A model generated the notes under the pieces. It searched no databases, was not told where the DNA came from, and worked only from the letters and a program-made list of their open reading frames with translations. Made by a program: the position numbers and the translations under genes. A stretch of 61,596 bases of DNA, the filler included. It is 3 parts of 3 records of this genome, joined end to end, with 100 filler letters (N's around TTAATTAATTAA, not from the genome) between each part and the next. Parts side by side here need not be neighbours in the genome. Positions count along the whole stretch, not along the records: positions 29,619 to 56,195 come from DRR378314_407; 2 more parts are not named here. One strand, 5' to 3'. The number at the start of each line of letters is the position of its first letter. The first letter of the stretch is position 1. Positions 33,135 through 42,500 of the stretch are shown piece by piece.

Positions 33135-33272
33135 ACTATAATATAAATTGACGGGCCACATAGTAAGGAGAAATAGCCCCGGCTTAGTCAGTATGGTTTT
33201 TATGTTGGGAACCCTTGGCCTTTGAGACCGGACTTCCCCAAACGAACACTTAGCTAAGATTGGTAGTTCTTT
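33135..33272 (+). ncRNA. Structured non-coding element resembling the non-coding end of Bacteroidota IS110 elements (bridge-RNA-like), with no transposase
   Basis: Nested pairings CTTAGT(33183-88)/GCTAAG(33253-58), TTGGGAA/TTCCCCAA and GGCCT/AGACC with internal loops; upstream ACTAT/ATAGT stem; IS110 resemblance is recalled, not searched. Confidence 0.45.
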
Positions 33273-33559
33273 TTATTTTTCCAAATTAGTGGTTTTTGGC
33301 TTGTTGTAGGTGAATTTTTCCTTTGTTTTTCTTTAAGTGGAACGGATTAATACGGGATGGCCGGCACTAATAACCTTGGAGGTTCTTAAGAGGAAGTATG
33401 CACCGGTATATTCAGTATAGTTATGAAATTTGTATTAGCTCTTCATTTTTAAATTATCGTTTCCTTTGCAATATGGTCTGCCTATACAATTTTGTTACCT
33501 GGTTTCTGCACCACAAATTCTTTAATCGTGTTTAATCAAACTTTGGCAATTTATGAAGG

Positions 33560-33943
33560 CTACAAATGTTGTGCTTTGTTCTTTGAGATTTGACTAAAAT
33601 TCAATTGATCGTTTTCCCAATTCCAGATTGACATACCAAAGTTTCCAGAATCCTCAATAACTTTCATTTTAATATTACTTATTATTTCAATAACTATTCT
33701 CCCATTTAAATTACCTTTTCCAACTGAAATATCAGACCAATCCAAAATTATCCGATTGTCAATTAATGTTCCATTTCCAACATGACACCAATTTTCGCCT
33801 AACTCATTTTCTGTGGTCCTGTTGTTCATGCCTAACCAAAAGACCTTATTTTGAACAACATTAATCCAAAATAAATTCTCTCCAGTTGATTTCCAAACTC
33901 CATTTTTTATCAGAATCTTCTCTTTTTTAATTTTATTATTCAT
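33560..33943 (-). CDS. Hypothetical small beta-rich protein (127 aa)
   Basis: Intact ORF with regularly spaced Trp/Gly (GVW, VFWLG, WCHVGNG, LDWSD) suggesting a beta-barrel fold. Confidence 0.7.
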   Translation of the reverse strand: MNNKIKKEKILIKNGVWKSTGENLFWINVVQNKVFWLGMNNRTTENELGENWCHVGNGTLIDNRIILDWSDISVGKGNLNGRIVIEIISNIKMKVIEDSGNFGMSIWNWENDQLNFSQISKNKAQHL

Positions 33944-34065
33944 ATTGTTTTACTCTTTATAACTATAAATAGTTGAAATTCTTAGGCAGTGCCACATTTT
34001 TAGGGAAGGCCACAATTAGAGTAACGGACAAGTGCTTTTCATAGGCCCATTCTTACTTTCCGGCT

Positions 34066-34250
34066 TTATTTCCTTATTAAACCTTCTATTATGGTTTCCA
34101 ATTGCTTTCCTCTCAAATCTAGCGATAATTATTCCTTTAGGGCTGATCAAAAATGTGGTTGGATATCTAATTATCCCGTGCTTCTCTTTGATCCTGATAG
34201 AACCATCGGATACAATATGGGGTCATTGCAGGCTTCCCTTTTCCTAGAAG
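34066..34250 (-). pseudogene. Decayed TlpA/redoxin (thioredoxin-fold) C-terminal fragment
   Basis: Minus strand reads EKGSLQ*PHIVSDG..IKEKHGIIRYPTTFLISPKGIIIA, then frameshifts to DLRGKQLETIIEGLIRK*; typical TlpA tail with W->stop. Confidence 0.6.
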
Positions 34251-34499
34251 GGTTTACAATTCGTCGACCTAACAATACGCAATATCTATAGTTATCATCC
34301 AAATTTTTAGTATATTGAATGTTGAAAATTTAAACCTGCTTGACCAAACCCTAGACCTCCAAATCGGTTCAAATGTATTCCGCACATAATCTTTCTTTTG
34401 AAGTTGGCTCAAAAAAGAGGTTAAGTTCTTCTTTCTTTTTGAATTGTCCAAAATAAATATGCTCAAGTAATCTAAGTGTTTAAATATTATATTCTGTCT

Positions 34500-35633
34500 A
34501 TGAAGGTTTTTAAACAAAATAGTGGTCTAATAGCAGTACTGTCCGATGCAATTTCGGAAGGTATAATTATAATCAACAACAAACAGAAAATCGTAGCCAC
34601 CAATAAAGCCACAAATGAGCTTTTCGGCTACGCAAGCGATACTCTAATTGGCAAACATTTAAATACCTTGATTCCCAAAAAACACCATGCCGTTCATAGG
34701 GGACATTTCAAAAAGTTCATGGAGAAAGACCAAAAACGTAAAATGGGAGATCGGCGAGATCTGTACGGTATGCGACAGGACGGTTCGGAATTTTCCGTTG
34801 AAGTTAGTCTTAACTCTTTTGAAATTTACGGTGATAGCTATGTCATGGCCGTGGTAATTGATGTCACCGAAAGAAAAAACTATACGATGAGATTAGAGCG
34901 GGCCGTGGAAAATAGAACAGCCGTGCTAAAGGAGGCTTTGGAGAGGGAGCATGAACTGAACGAAATAAAATCGCGTTTTGTTGCCATGGCCTCACATGAA
35001 TTCAGGACTCCCCTGACCGCTATCATTACCTCTACCAACTTGATACGCAAATACAATGATTTAAAGGTCTATGATAAACAAGAGAAACACCTCGAGCGTA
35101 TCAAGGCTTCGGCAAGAAACTTGGTCGCTATCCTTGACGACTTCCTATCGCTGGAAAAAATAGAGTCTGACCAGATACATATCAATCCAACGCAAATAGA
35201 CTTCAGGGAATATATCAAGGACATACTTATTGAGGTAGGACCATGGGCAAAAGAAAAACAAGAAGTAGTACATCGGCACAGTGGAGTTAATAAAATCTGT
35301 ATCGACCAGAGTTTGACCCGGAATATCCTGTTGAACCTTCTCTCCAATTCACTAAAATATTCACCGGAACAGTCCGTAATAAAGCTTATCACCAGCATAA
35401 CTCACAAAAACTTGGTCATTAAGATAGTCGATAAGGGTATTGGCATTCCTAAGGAAGACCAAAAGAATATGTTCTCACAATTTTATCGTGCCAGCAATGT
35501 GAACGAAATAAGTGGGACAGGTCTCGGTCTTACCATCGTTAAACGATATCTTAAAATGTTGGGGGGCGATATAGACTTTTCCAGCGAGGAAGGAAAAGGA
35601 ACTACTTTTAATGTCTATATTCCAATACCGTAA
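34500..35633 (+). CDS. Cytoplasmic PAS histidine kinase with FixL-like (possibly heme) PAS
   Basis: LIPKKHHAVHRGHF..MG..RDLYG.RQDGSEF.VEVSL PAS; ASHEFRTPL; NLLSNSLKYS; GTGLGL. Confidence 0.9.
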   Translation: MKVFKQNSGLIAVLSDAISEGIIIINNKQKIVATNKATNELFGYASDTLIGKHLNTLIPKKHHAVHRGHFKKFMEKDQKRKMGDRRDLYGMRQDGSEFSVEVSLNSFEIYGDSYVMAVVIDVTERKNYTMRLERAVENRTAVLKEALEREHELNEIKSRFVAMASHEFRTPLTAIITSTNLIRKYNDLKVYDKQEKHLERIKASARNLVAILDDFLSLEKIESDQIHINPTQIDFREYIKDILIEVGPWAKEKQEVVHRHSGVNKICIDQSLTRNILLNLLSNSLKYSPEQSVIKLITSITHKNLVIKIVDKGIGIPKEDQKNMFSQFYRASNVNEISGTGLGLTIVKRYLKMLGGDIDFSSEEGKGTTFNVYIPIP

Positions 35634-35998
35634 AAATTATAAAGCCTAAAGTCTTTTAGCCACTGCTTAACCCGACAATTGTAGTTGATCTGACAGTTAA
35701 AAAGAAGCTTTAAGCTCATTGTGATCGATGAGTTTTTTTTTTGATAAAACTATTAGTACACTTCAGAGAGAAGTAATATCTAATATTTTTGGACGAATAA
35801 ACTTGGATTTAAACAATCACCAATTAGGAAGCTTTCAGAACATGGCCATTTTAAAATTTCAAAAACATAGATTATTGTTATAAATACTATATTTAAAAAC
35901 ATAATAAAAAATGTAAATTGGTCATTTTAAATTGGTTATAACCATAGTGGTTAAGTCGTACAAATTATGGAATCAGACGCAAAAAACATGATAGCATT

Positions 35999-37111
35999 AT
36001 GAAAATAGATTTGACAAATGAAGAGTCAATTGCCGTAAATGTTGCGGACCATATATCAGCCATGCTTGCTTATTGGGATAAAGATCTAACCTGTAGATTT
36101 GCCAATTCTGCCTACATGAAATGGTTTGGCAAGACCAAGGACGAAATGATCGATAGAATTACATTAATTGAATTATTGGGTCCGCTATTTGAAAAGAATT
36201 GGCCTTACATAGAAGGAGTTCTGAAAGGCGAAATACAAACATTTGAACGGGAGATCCCCCTTCCCAACGGCGGGACCAAACATTCATTGGCCAACTACTT
36301 TCCCGATATTGTAGATGGAAAGGTTGCGGGTTTCTTTGTCCATGTGGCCGATGTGGATCAATTAAAAATTTTGGAAAGGGAATTGGAAATATCCAACAAA
36401 ACTATACTTGAGCAGAACAAACGTCTTCTGAATTTTTCCAATATTGTGTCCCACAATCTCAAATCATATGCCAACAATCTGGCTTCGATCCTTGAACTAT
36501 TTGAATTGGCCGATTCTGAATCAGAGAAACAGGAATTGTACAACTATTTAAAGTTAATATCCAAACAGTTCGGCGCCACGGTACATGATCTCAATGAGAT
36601 ATCAAAATCACAAAATCAAGCATCGATAAGTTCGGAACCGATTAATTTATTTGACTATATAGAAAGGTCAAAAGAGACTCTGAAATTTCAAATATCTTCA
36701 AACAAAGCCGTTGTCAACAATAATGTGAGCCCTGAAATCACTTTACTGGCAAATCCTGCCTATATGGAAAGTATTATTTTAAATTTTTTAACCAATGCCC
36801 TTAAATACAGGAGGGAGGATATAACCCCTATTATCAACTTTGATTGGAATGAAGATGATGGCAAAAATACATTAGTTATTCGGGACAACGGTAAAGGAAT
36901 TGATATAGAAAAACATGGCAAAGACCTCTTTGGAATGTACAAGACGTTTCATGGAAATCCAGATGCTCAGGGTATTGGCCTGTTTATTGCAAAATATCAA
37001 ATTGAAACAATGGGCGGGCAAGTTATGGTAGACAGTACCGTTGGAATCGGAACACAATTTACAATTTGTTTCAATTGTAGCTTTGACAATAATTCTATTT
37101 TTGAGGACTAA
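35999..37111 (+). CDS. Cytoplasmic PAS histidine kinase
   Basis: PAS (AYWDKD..FANSAY.KWFG), VSHNLK H-box, NFLTNALKY, DNGKG, GIGLF. Confidence 0.9.
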   Translation: MKIDLTNEESIAVNVADHISAMLAYWDKDLTCRFANSAYMKWFGKTKDEMIDRITLIELLGPLFEKNWPYIEGVLKGEIQTFEREIPLPNGGTKHSLANYFPDIVDGKVAGFFVHVADVDQLKILERELEISNKTILEQNKRLLNFSNIVSHNLKSYANNLASILELFELADSESEKQELYNYLKLISKQFGATVHDLNEISKSQNQASISSEPINLFDYIERSKETLKFQISSNKAVVNNNVSPEITLLANPAYMESIILNFLTNALKYRREDITPIINFDWNEDDGKNTLVIRDNGKGIDIEKHGKDLFGMYKTFHGNPDAQGIGLFIAKYQIETMGGQVMVDSTVGIGTQFTICFNCSFDNNSIFED

Positions 37112-37670
37112 TATTTCTCGTAACAGTACTATTATCTGATGGGTAGGGAAATGGTGAACTTTGACTGACGTCAACATATGTATAATAGGATACCCTGCCA
37201 TTATATGGTTTAGAAAATAGGAATATAAAGCCAGATTGAACCAAAACTTCTAAACATAAGCAAAAGGTACTCCGTGTTTTTTCATATTGGAGGAAATTGA
37301 AGAGTTCAAAAACGACCTTGAATATATACCACGTGACTTAAATGCCCTAGGATTATTACATTAAGGTCAATGTACAGAACCTATAAAATTATACAGATTT
37401 TTCTCCCTTTTGATTAACAGCCCCCATAAACGGTTTTATGCATACCTAGGTAGAATATGCCGGTTTCATTTACTTACTAACCTTATATTTAAGGTTTGAC
37501 ACTTTTCCCTAAATGTTTTGGGATTCTTGTAAAGCGATTGGTCTATTTTTTCTTGTTCTCCACAAGTGAATCACAACAAAGATTAGTATTTTTTCGGAGG
37601 AATCTCTATTGATGTAATGGATAGGATTACAATTTTATTGACTTATAAAATTCAAATCCAACATGAACTG

Positions 37671-38057
37671 CTAGGCAAAGATAGTTTCAATCACGTCCGG
37701 CGAAAGTGGTTTGTGGTGAAAGCCATGGACAAGGTCATAATTTTTAGACTTTTCAATATCACTGTCGTCCACGGAGGAAGAAACAATATGAATAGAAACA
37801 TTCTCGGTTTTAATAAAATCTATTTTCTCAAATGCGTCCAGAAATTTCCAGCCGTCCATAATGGGCATGTTGATATCTAAAAGAATATAATAGAAGTTTT
37901 CATCAGCATAATTTTCTCGGAGAAAGTCCAAGGCCACTTTGCCGTGCGAAAATAATTTTATGTTGAACCCAGGCATAACCTTTTCAATCATTTTTGATGA
38001 AATATACCTGAAGACAGGGTCATCATCGACTAGTATTACTAATTTCTCCATTTCCAT
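37671..38057 (-). CDS. Single-domain response regulator
   Basis: LVDDD, LLDINMPIMDGW.FL, KPL. Confidence 0.9.
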   Translation of the reverse strand: MEMEKLVILVDDDPVFRYISSKMIEKVMPGFNIKLFSHGKVALDFLRENYADENFYYILLDINMPIMDGWKFLDAFEKIDFIKTENVSIHIVSSSVDDSDIEKSKNYDLVHGFHHKPLSPDVIETIFA

Positions 38058-38062
38058 TATTC

Positions 38063-39067
38063 CTAAATTCTAATTGAATTTGTTTCACTTACAATTTTGT
38101 GGATTATTTCGTCCAGTTCGTTACCTGACACTTTAATCTGTTCAAGTAAAAAGGGTAGGTCTTGAGAATCATCAGGTTCCATTTCCAAAAGGTTGATTAT
38201 TCCCAATATGCGCGACAATGGGGACCTTACCACATGGGATTGTGTCCATGCGATGCCTTTTAATTTTTCATTTTGGGTTTCAATCGTATTTATATATTCT
38301 TGCTTCTCGGTGATATCGTTTGCAAGTACCAATCGGACGACCCTTCCTTCATACTCAATGTCATTACTGTATATTTCGACATAAATAGTAACACCCGACT
38401 TAAGGGTATGGAAAAACACCCCCGAATAAGTTCCAAGATCCCCTCTTTTTCTTTCTTCCAATCTTTTTTCAAGAAATTTCAATTGGTTTTTAGGTCTAAT
38501 ATCCTTTATGGTCATTTTCTTGAATTCTTCAATAGTGTAGCCATATTTTGAAACAGCAGCTTTGTTCACATTTAAAAACAACAAGGTTGATGGGTCATAG
38601 ATCCACATGGGTTGAGGACTAAAATTGAACAGGTCCTGATATACTTTTCTATTCTCCTTCAGCTGAGCAATATATTTTTTTCGCTCAATGGCATAAACAA
38701 TGGACTTATAGATGATTTCTGGATTGATCTCATCCTTGATCAAAAAATCCGAAACCCCTTTTGACAGTGTTTTTCTTGCCAATGCAATATCCGAATAGCC
38801 GGTTAGGATAATGATGGGTATATTGCCGATATATTCTTGTATTTTTTCCACCAATATCTCTCCTTTCAGATCGGGCAGCGTTAAATCCAACAATACAACA
38901 TCGATAATTTCGCATGACTTGACATCCGTAACGAGCGATTTAAAGGTTTGAATATGGATAACCTTTATGGCACTGAATTTTTCGAGCAAATAATCATCGA
39001 TCAATAAAAAATCACCGGGATTATCTTCAATTACTAGAATAGATAAAGGTTGGTCATCCTTTGTCAT
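38063..39067 (-). CDS. REC-PAS-HisKA protein lacking a HATPase domain
   Basis: IEDNPGD receiver, PAS (PQPMWIYD..VNKAA..YGY), C-terminal QSHVVRSPLSRILG helix pair, then stop. Confidence 0.85.
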   Translation of the reverse strand: MTKDDQPLSILVIEDNPGDFLLIDDYLLEKFSAIKVIHIQTFKSLVTDVKSCEIIDVVLLDLTLPDLKGEILVEKIQEYIGNIPIIILTGYSDIALARKTLSKGVSDFLIKDEINPEIIYKSIVYAIERKKYIAQLKENRKVYQDLFNFSPQPMWIYDPSTLLFLNVNKAAVSKYGYTIEEFKKMTIKDIRPKNQLKFLEKRLEERKRGDLGTYSGVFFHTLKSGVTIYVEIYSNDIEYEGRVVRLVLANDITEKQEYINTIETQNEKLKGIAWTQSHVVRSPLSRILGIINLLEMEPDDSQDLPFLLEQIKVSGNELDEIIHKIVSETNSIRI

Positions 39068-39087
39068 TGAGAAGTTTTTTTTAAGTG

Positions 39088-39513
39088 TTAATTTGGAAAT
39101 TTGGAGAGCTGTAACCAAAACTCTTCAATCTTTAAAACGGCCTTTATAAAATCGTTCATGTCTATTGGTTTGGTAACATAGCTGTTCGTGTGGTTCTCAT
39201 AGGCTATATTTATATCCCTTTGGTTAGATGAGGTGGTGAGCATAATTACAGGAATTGTCTTGAGATCCGGTTCTTGTTTAATCTTTTTGAGCACATCGTG
39301 CCCATTGAAAATAGGCAGGTTGATGTCCAAAAGGATCAAATCTGGACGTAGGGCATCGAAATACTTACCTTTTTTAAAGAGAAAATCCAAGGCATCGTTA
39401 CCATTTTTGACAATACTAATATTTGTTTTAATCTTGCTTTCCTCAAAGGCGTCAAGAGTCAATATAATGTCCCCTTCGTTGTCTTCAACCAACAAAATGT
39501 GCACAGTTTTCAT
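39088..39513 (-). CDS. Rcp1-like single-domain response regulator
   Basis: LLVEDNEGD, PDLILLDINLP, IPVIMLTTS, KP, C-terminal EEFW..LSKFP tail; overlaps the kinase stop (ATGA). Confidence 0.92.
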   Translation of the reverse strand: MKTVHILLVEDNEGDIILTLDAFEESKIKTNISIVKNGNDALDFLFKKGKYFDALRPDLILLDINLPIFNGHDVLKKIKQEPDLKTIPVIMLTTSSNQRDINIAYENHTNSYVTKPIDMNDFIKAVLKIEEFWLQLSKFPN

Positions 39514-42500
39514 AATTTGGTCTTGTTTATGGTGAAATAAAAAACACTTCCTTTGTCAGGCTCGGACTCCAGCCAAATTTTACCTCCCCAAGATTCTACG
39601 TTTTTCTTGGAAATGGACAACCCCATCCCCGTACCACCATAGGTATCCCTGTTATGGAGGCGTTGAAAGATAATAAAAACTTTGTCATAAAAATCAGGAT
39701 CGATGCCAATACCGTTATCCCTGATCTTCACTTGCCAGTGATCTTTCCTGTCGGATACGGTAATTTTGATCAGCGGCGGCACCCCTTCCTTAGAATATTT
39801 GATGGCATTGTCCAACAAACAGTGGAAGGTTTGGGCCAGTGGTGCCTTAAAGCAGGTAACCTCCGGAAAATTCCCTTTTTCGATCATTACGGACTTCTCT
39901 TTTATCAACCTGCCCCGCAGCACTTCGTACTCTTCGATCAATTTGTCCAGGTTAATAGTTTCAGGTTTTCCGTCCAATCTTCCGGCACGGGAATATTCCA
40001 ATAGGTCCAAAATTATCTGTTTCATCCTTTTGGCCCCATCAGTGGCAAAATGGATATATTGATCGGCCTTTTCATCCAATTGCCCACTATACTTTCTTTG
40101 TAACTGGTTCAAAAAACTGGTAATCATCCGTAAGGGTTCCTGTAGGTCATGTGAAGCTATAAATGCAAATTGCTCCAGTTGGTCGTTAGTGATTTCTAAA
40201 TCTTTAATGTTTTTCTGGAGTGCTATATTTAATTCTTTCAATTCCTTTTCATGCGTTATACGCTGGGTGATGTCGGTGATGGCCCCTACCATTCGTATGG
40301 CTTCTCGGGAACTGTCCCGGATAATGGACCCTTTATCAATTACAGTTTTTATCTCTCCGCTTTCGTGAACGATCCTGTATTCATTTTCCCAAAATTCACA
40401 GGAAGGATCCTGAAGGCTTTCTTTGACACTGGCTTCAATTTTTGGCAGGTCACTTGGGTGAGAGCTGTCTTCCCACATCTCGCTTTCATCCAAGCGCTTT
40501 TTGATATTTGGTCCGTACAATTTTTCAAAACCATTGCTTCGGTAAAAAACTTTGTTGACAATATCCCAATCCCATATGGCATCCGTGGTGGCCTGGGCCA
40601 CTTTTTCAAAACGCTCGTTTGCCTGAAGGATCCGGATATCGGTCTCTTTTCTCATTGTGATATCCTTAAAATAAACTGAAAGTCCTTCTCGACTCGGGTA
40701 GGCGGACACTTCAAACCATTTCCCCAAGACAGGATAAAATTCTTCGAAGGTGACCATTTTACCGGTTTTCATAGCCTTGTGGTACTGAGTGTAAAATTCA
40801 AGCTCCACGGCATCGGCATATTCGTCCCAAAGCTTTTTGCCCACAATGTCCTTCTTTTTCTTTCCCAGTACAAATTCGGCCTGCTTGTTCCAATAGGTGA
40901 CCGTCCAATCTTTCTCCAAGGCAAAAAAGGCGTCCCCAATACTTTCCAAGATCTGGTTCTTTTCAGAATAGGAGCGTTCCAGTTCTTTAAGGGCTTCTGA
41001 TGTTTCTATGGCACTCGACAAATTGGAGGTTATCGTCTTAAGAAAGGAGATATCATCCTGGCTCCAGTCCCTTTCGTTTTGACAGTCATCAAAACCAACG
41101 AAACCCCAGAACTTTTTATTCACCCATATTGGGAATACCAAAATGGATTTGATGTCCTGTTCCAAAAGCAACCTTTTGGTCCCGCTATCCTGCATCTCGT
41201 TGACAATAGCCTTAAAAGGTCTGTTTTGGGACAAGGGTTGCATAAAATCCTCTACCGCACTAAAGGGAACATTCTGAAGGTTGGGGTTATTGATCTGGGA
41301 AGGTAGGCCATCACTGCTCCATTCCAGGCGCTGGCTGGTTTCCGGTTCCCCTGTTCTTTCATTAACCGAATTTTGGAAATAGTATATGCGGTCCACTTTA
41401 ACACATTCCCCGACCTTGGCGAAGGTTTTGCCTATCACTTTGAACCAGTCATCATAGTTGAGCAGTTCCGTGTTCATTTCGGCAATGATGCCCAACTGTT
41501 TTGTCTTATACAGGATTTTCTCGCTGTCCTTCTTTTTCTGTGTAATGTCCCTAAAAAATACACTGATGCCCTCTTCCGATGGATATGCGTTGACCTCCAG
41601 CCAAATACCATAATAATCCTCAAAGGAGATGGGTTCCCCGGTCTTCAGCACCTTGTTGTAGTTGGCATAGGACGGTAGGTCTACCGCATCGGGGAACACC
41701 TCCCAAAGGTTCTTCCCGATAAGGTCTTCCCTTTTTACCCTTAGCAAGCGTTCAGCGGTCTTGTTCCAATAGGTGACGGTAAAGTCCTCCTTCATGGCAA
41801 AGAATGCATCCCCTATACTCTCCAATATCCCGTTTTTTTCTTGATACGCCCTTTCCAGTGCTGCCTCAGCCTTTTTCCTTTCGTCTATGTTTTTGAAATA
41901 GACCGAAACCCCGCCATTGGAGGGATAGGTGTTGATCTCGTACCAAGATCCATTTCCTGGATAAAGGTATTCAAAGCTCTCAGCCTTGCCTTTTTTGGCG
42001 ACCCTTTTATATACGGTTTCCAGTTCGGTGCCCAAGGTAGGTATAAATAACTCCCAAAGGTTTTTCCCCAATACTTCACCGCTTTGCTTTCCAAGTAAAT
42101 TTTCGGCCTCCTTGTTAAAAAAGGTAAAGTTCCAATCCTTGTCCACTGCATAGAACGCATCAGATATACTGCCCAGTATCTCCTGAAGCTGCAACTGGGT
42201 TGACTTCATGGAGTGAATGTCCTGGATACTTCCAAATATTTTTGAGCATATACCGTCAACACCTTCACTTTTTCCAATAATCCTGACCCACTTTTGCTTT
42301 CCAGAACGGGTTGTCAAAAGTACTTCTTTATCATATTCTGTACCATTTTCAATAAGCTCAGCTATGGCTTTTTCCACAATAGGCCTACTTTCAGGGGTGT
42401 AGAATTCCAGACCACCGCTCAAGGAGGCGTCATAATCCTCGTCCACCCCTATTATATTTCGGACGATGGGAGACCAATACATGGCATCTGTGTCAGCTTC

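Noticed and set aside
35933-35953. Overlapping TGGTTA/TAACCA palindromes upstream of the second PAS kinase
   Set aside because: Short, AT-rich, single occurrence; no regulator can be assigned
37161-37174. FNR/CRP-like palindrome TTGACTGACGTCAA
   Set aside because: Lies between convergent gene ends with no credible downstream gene
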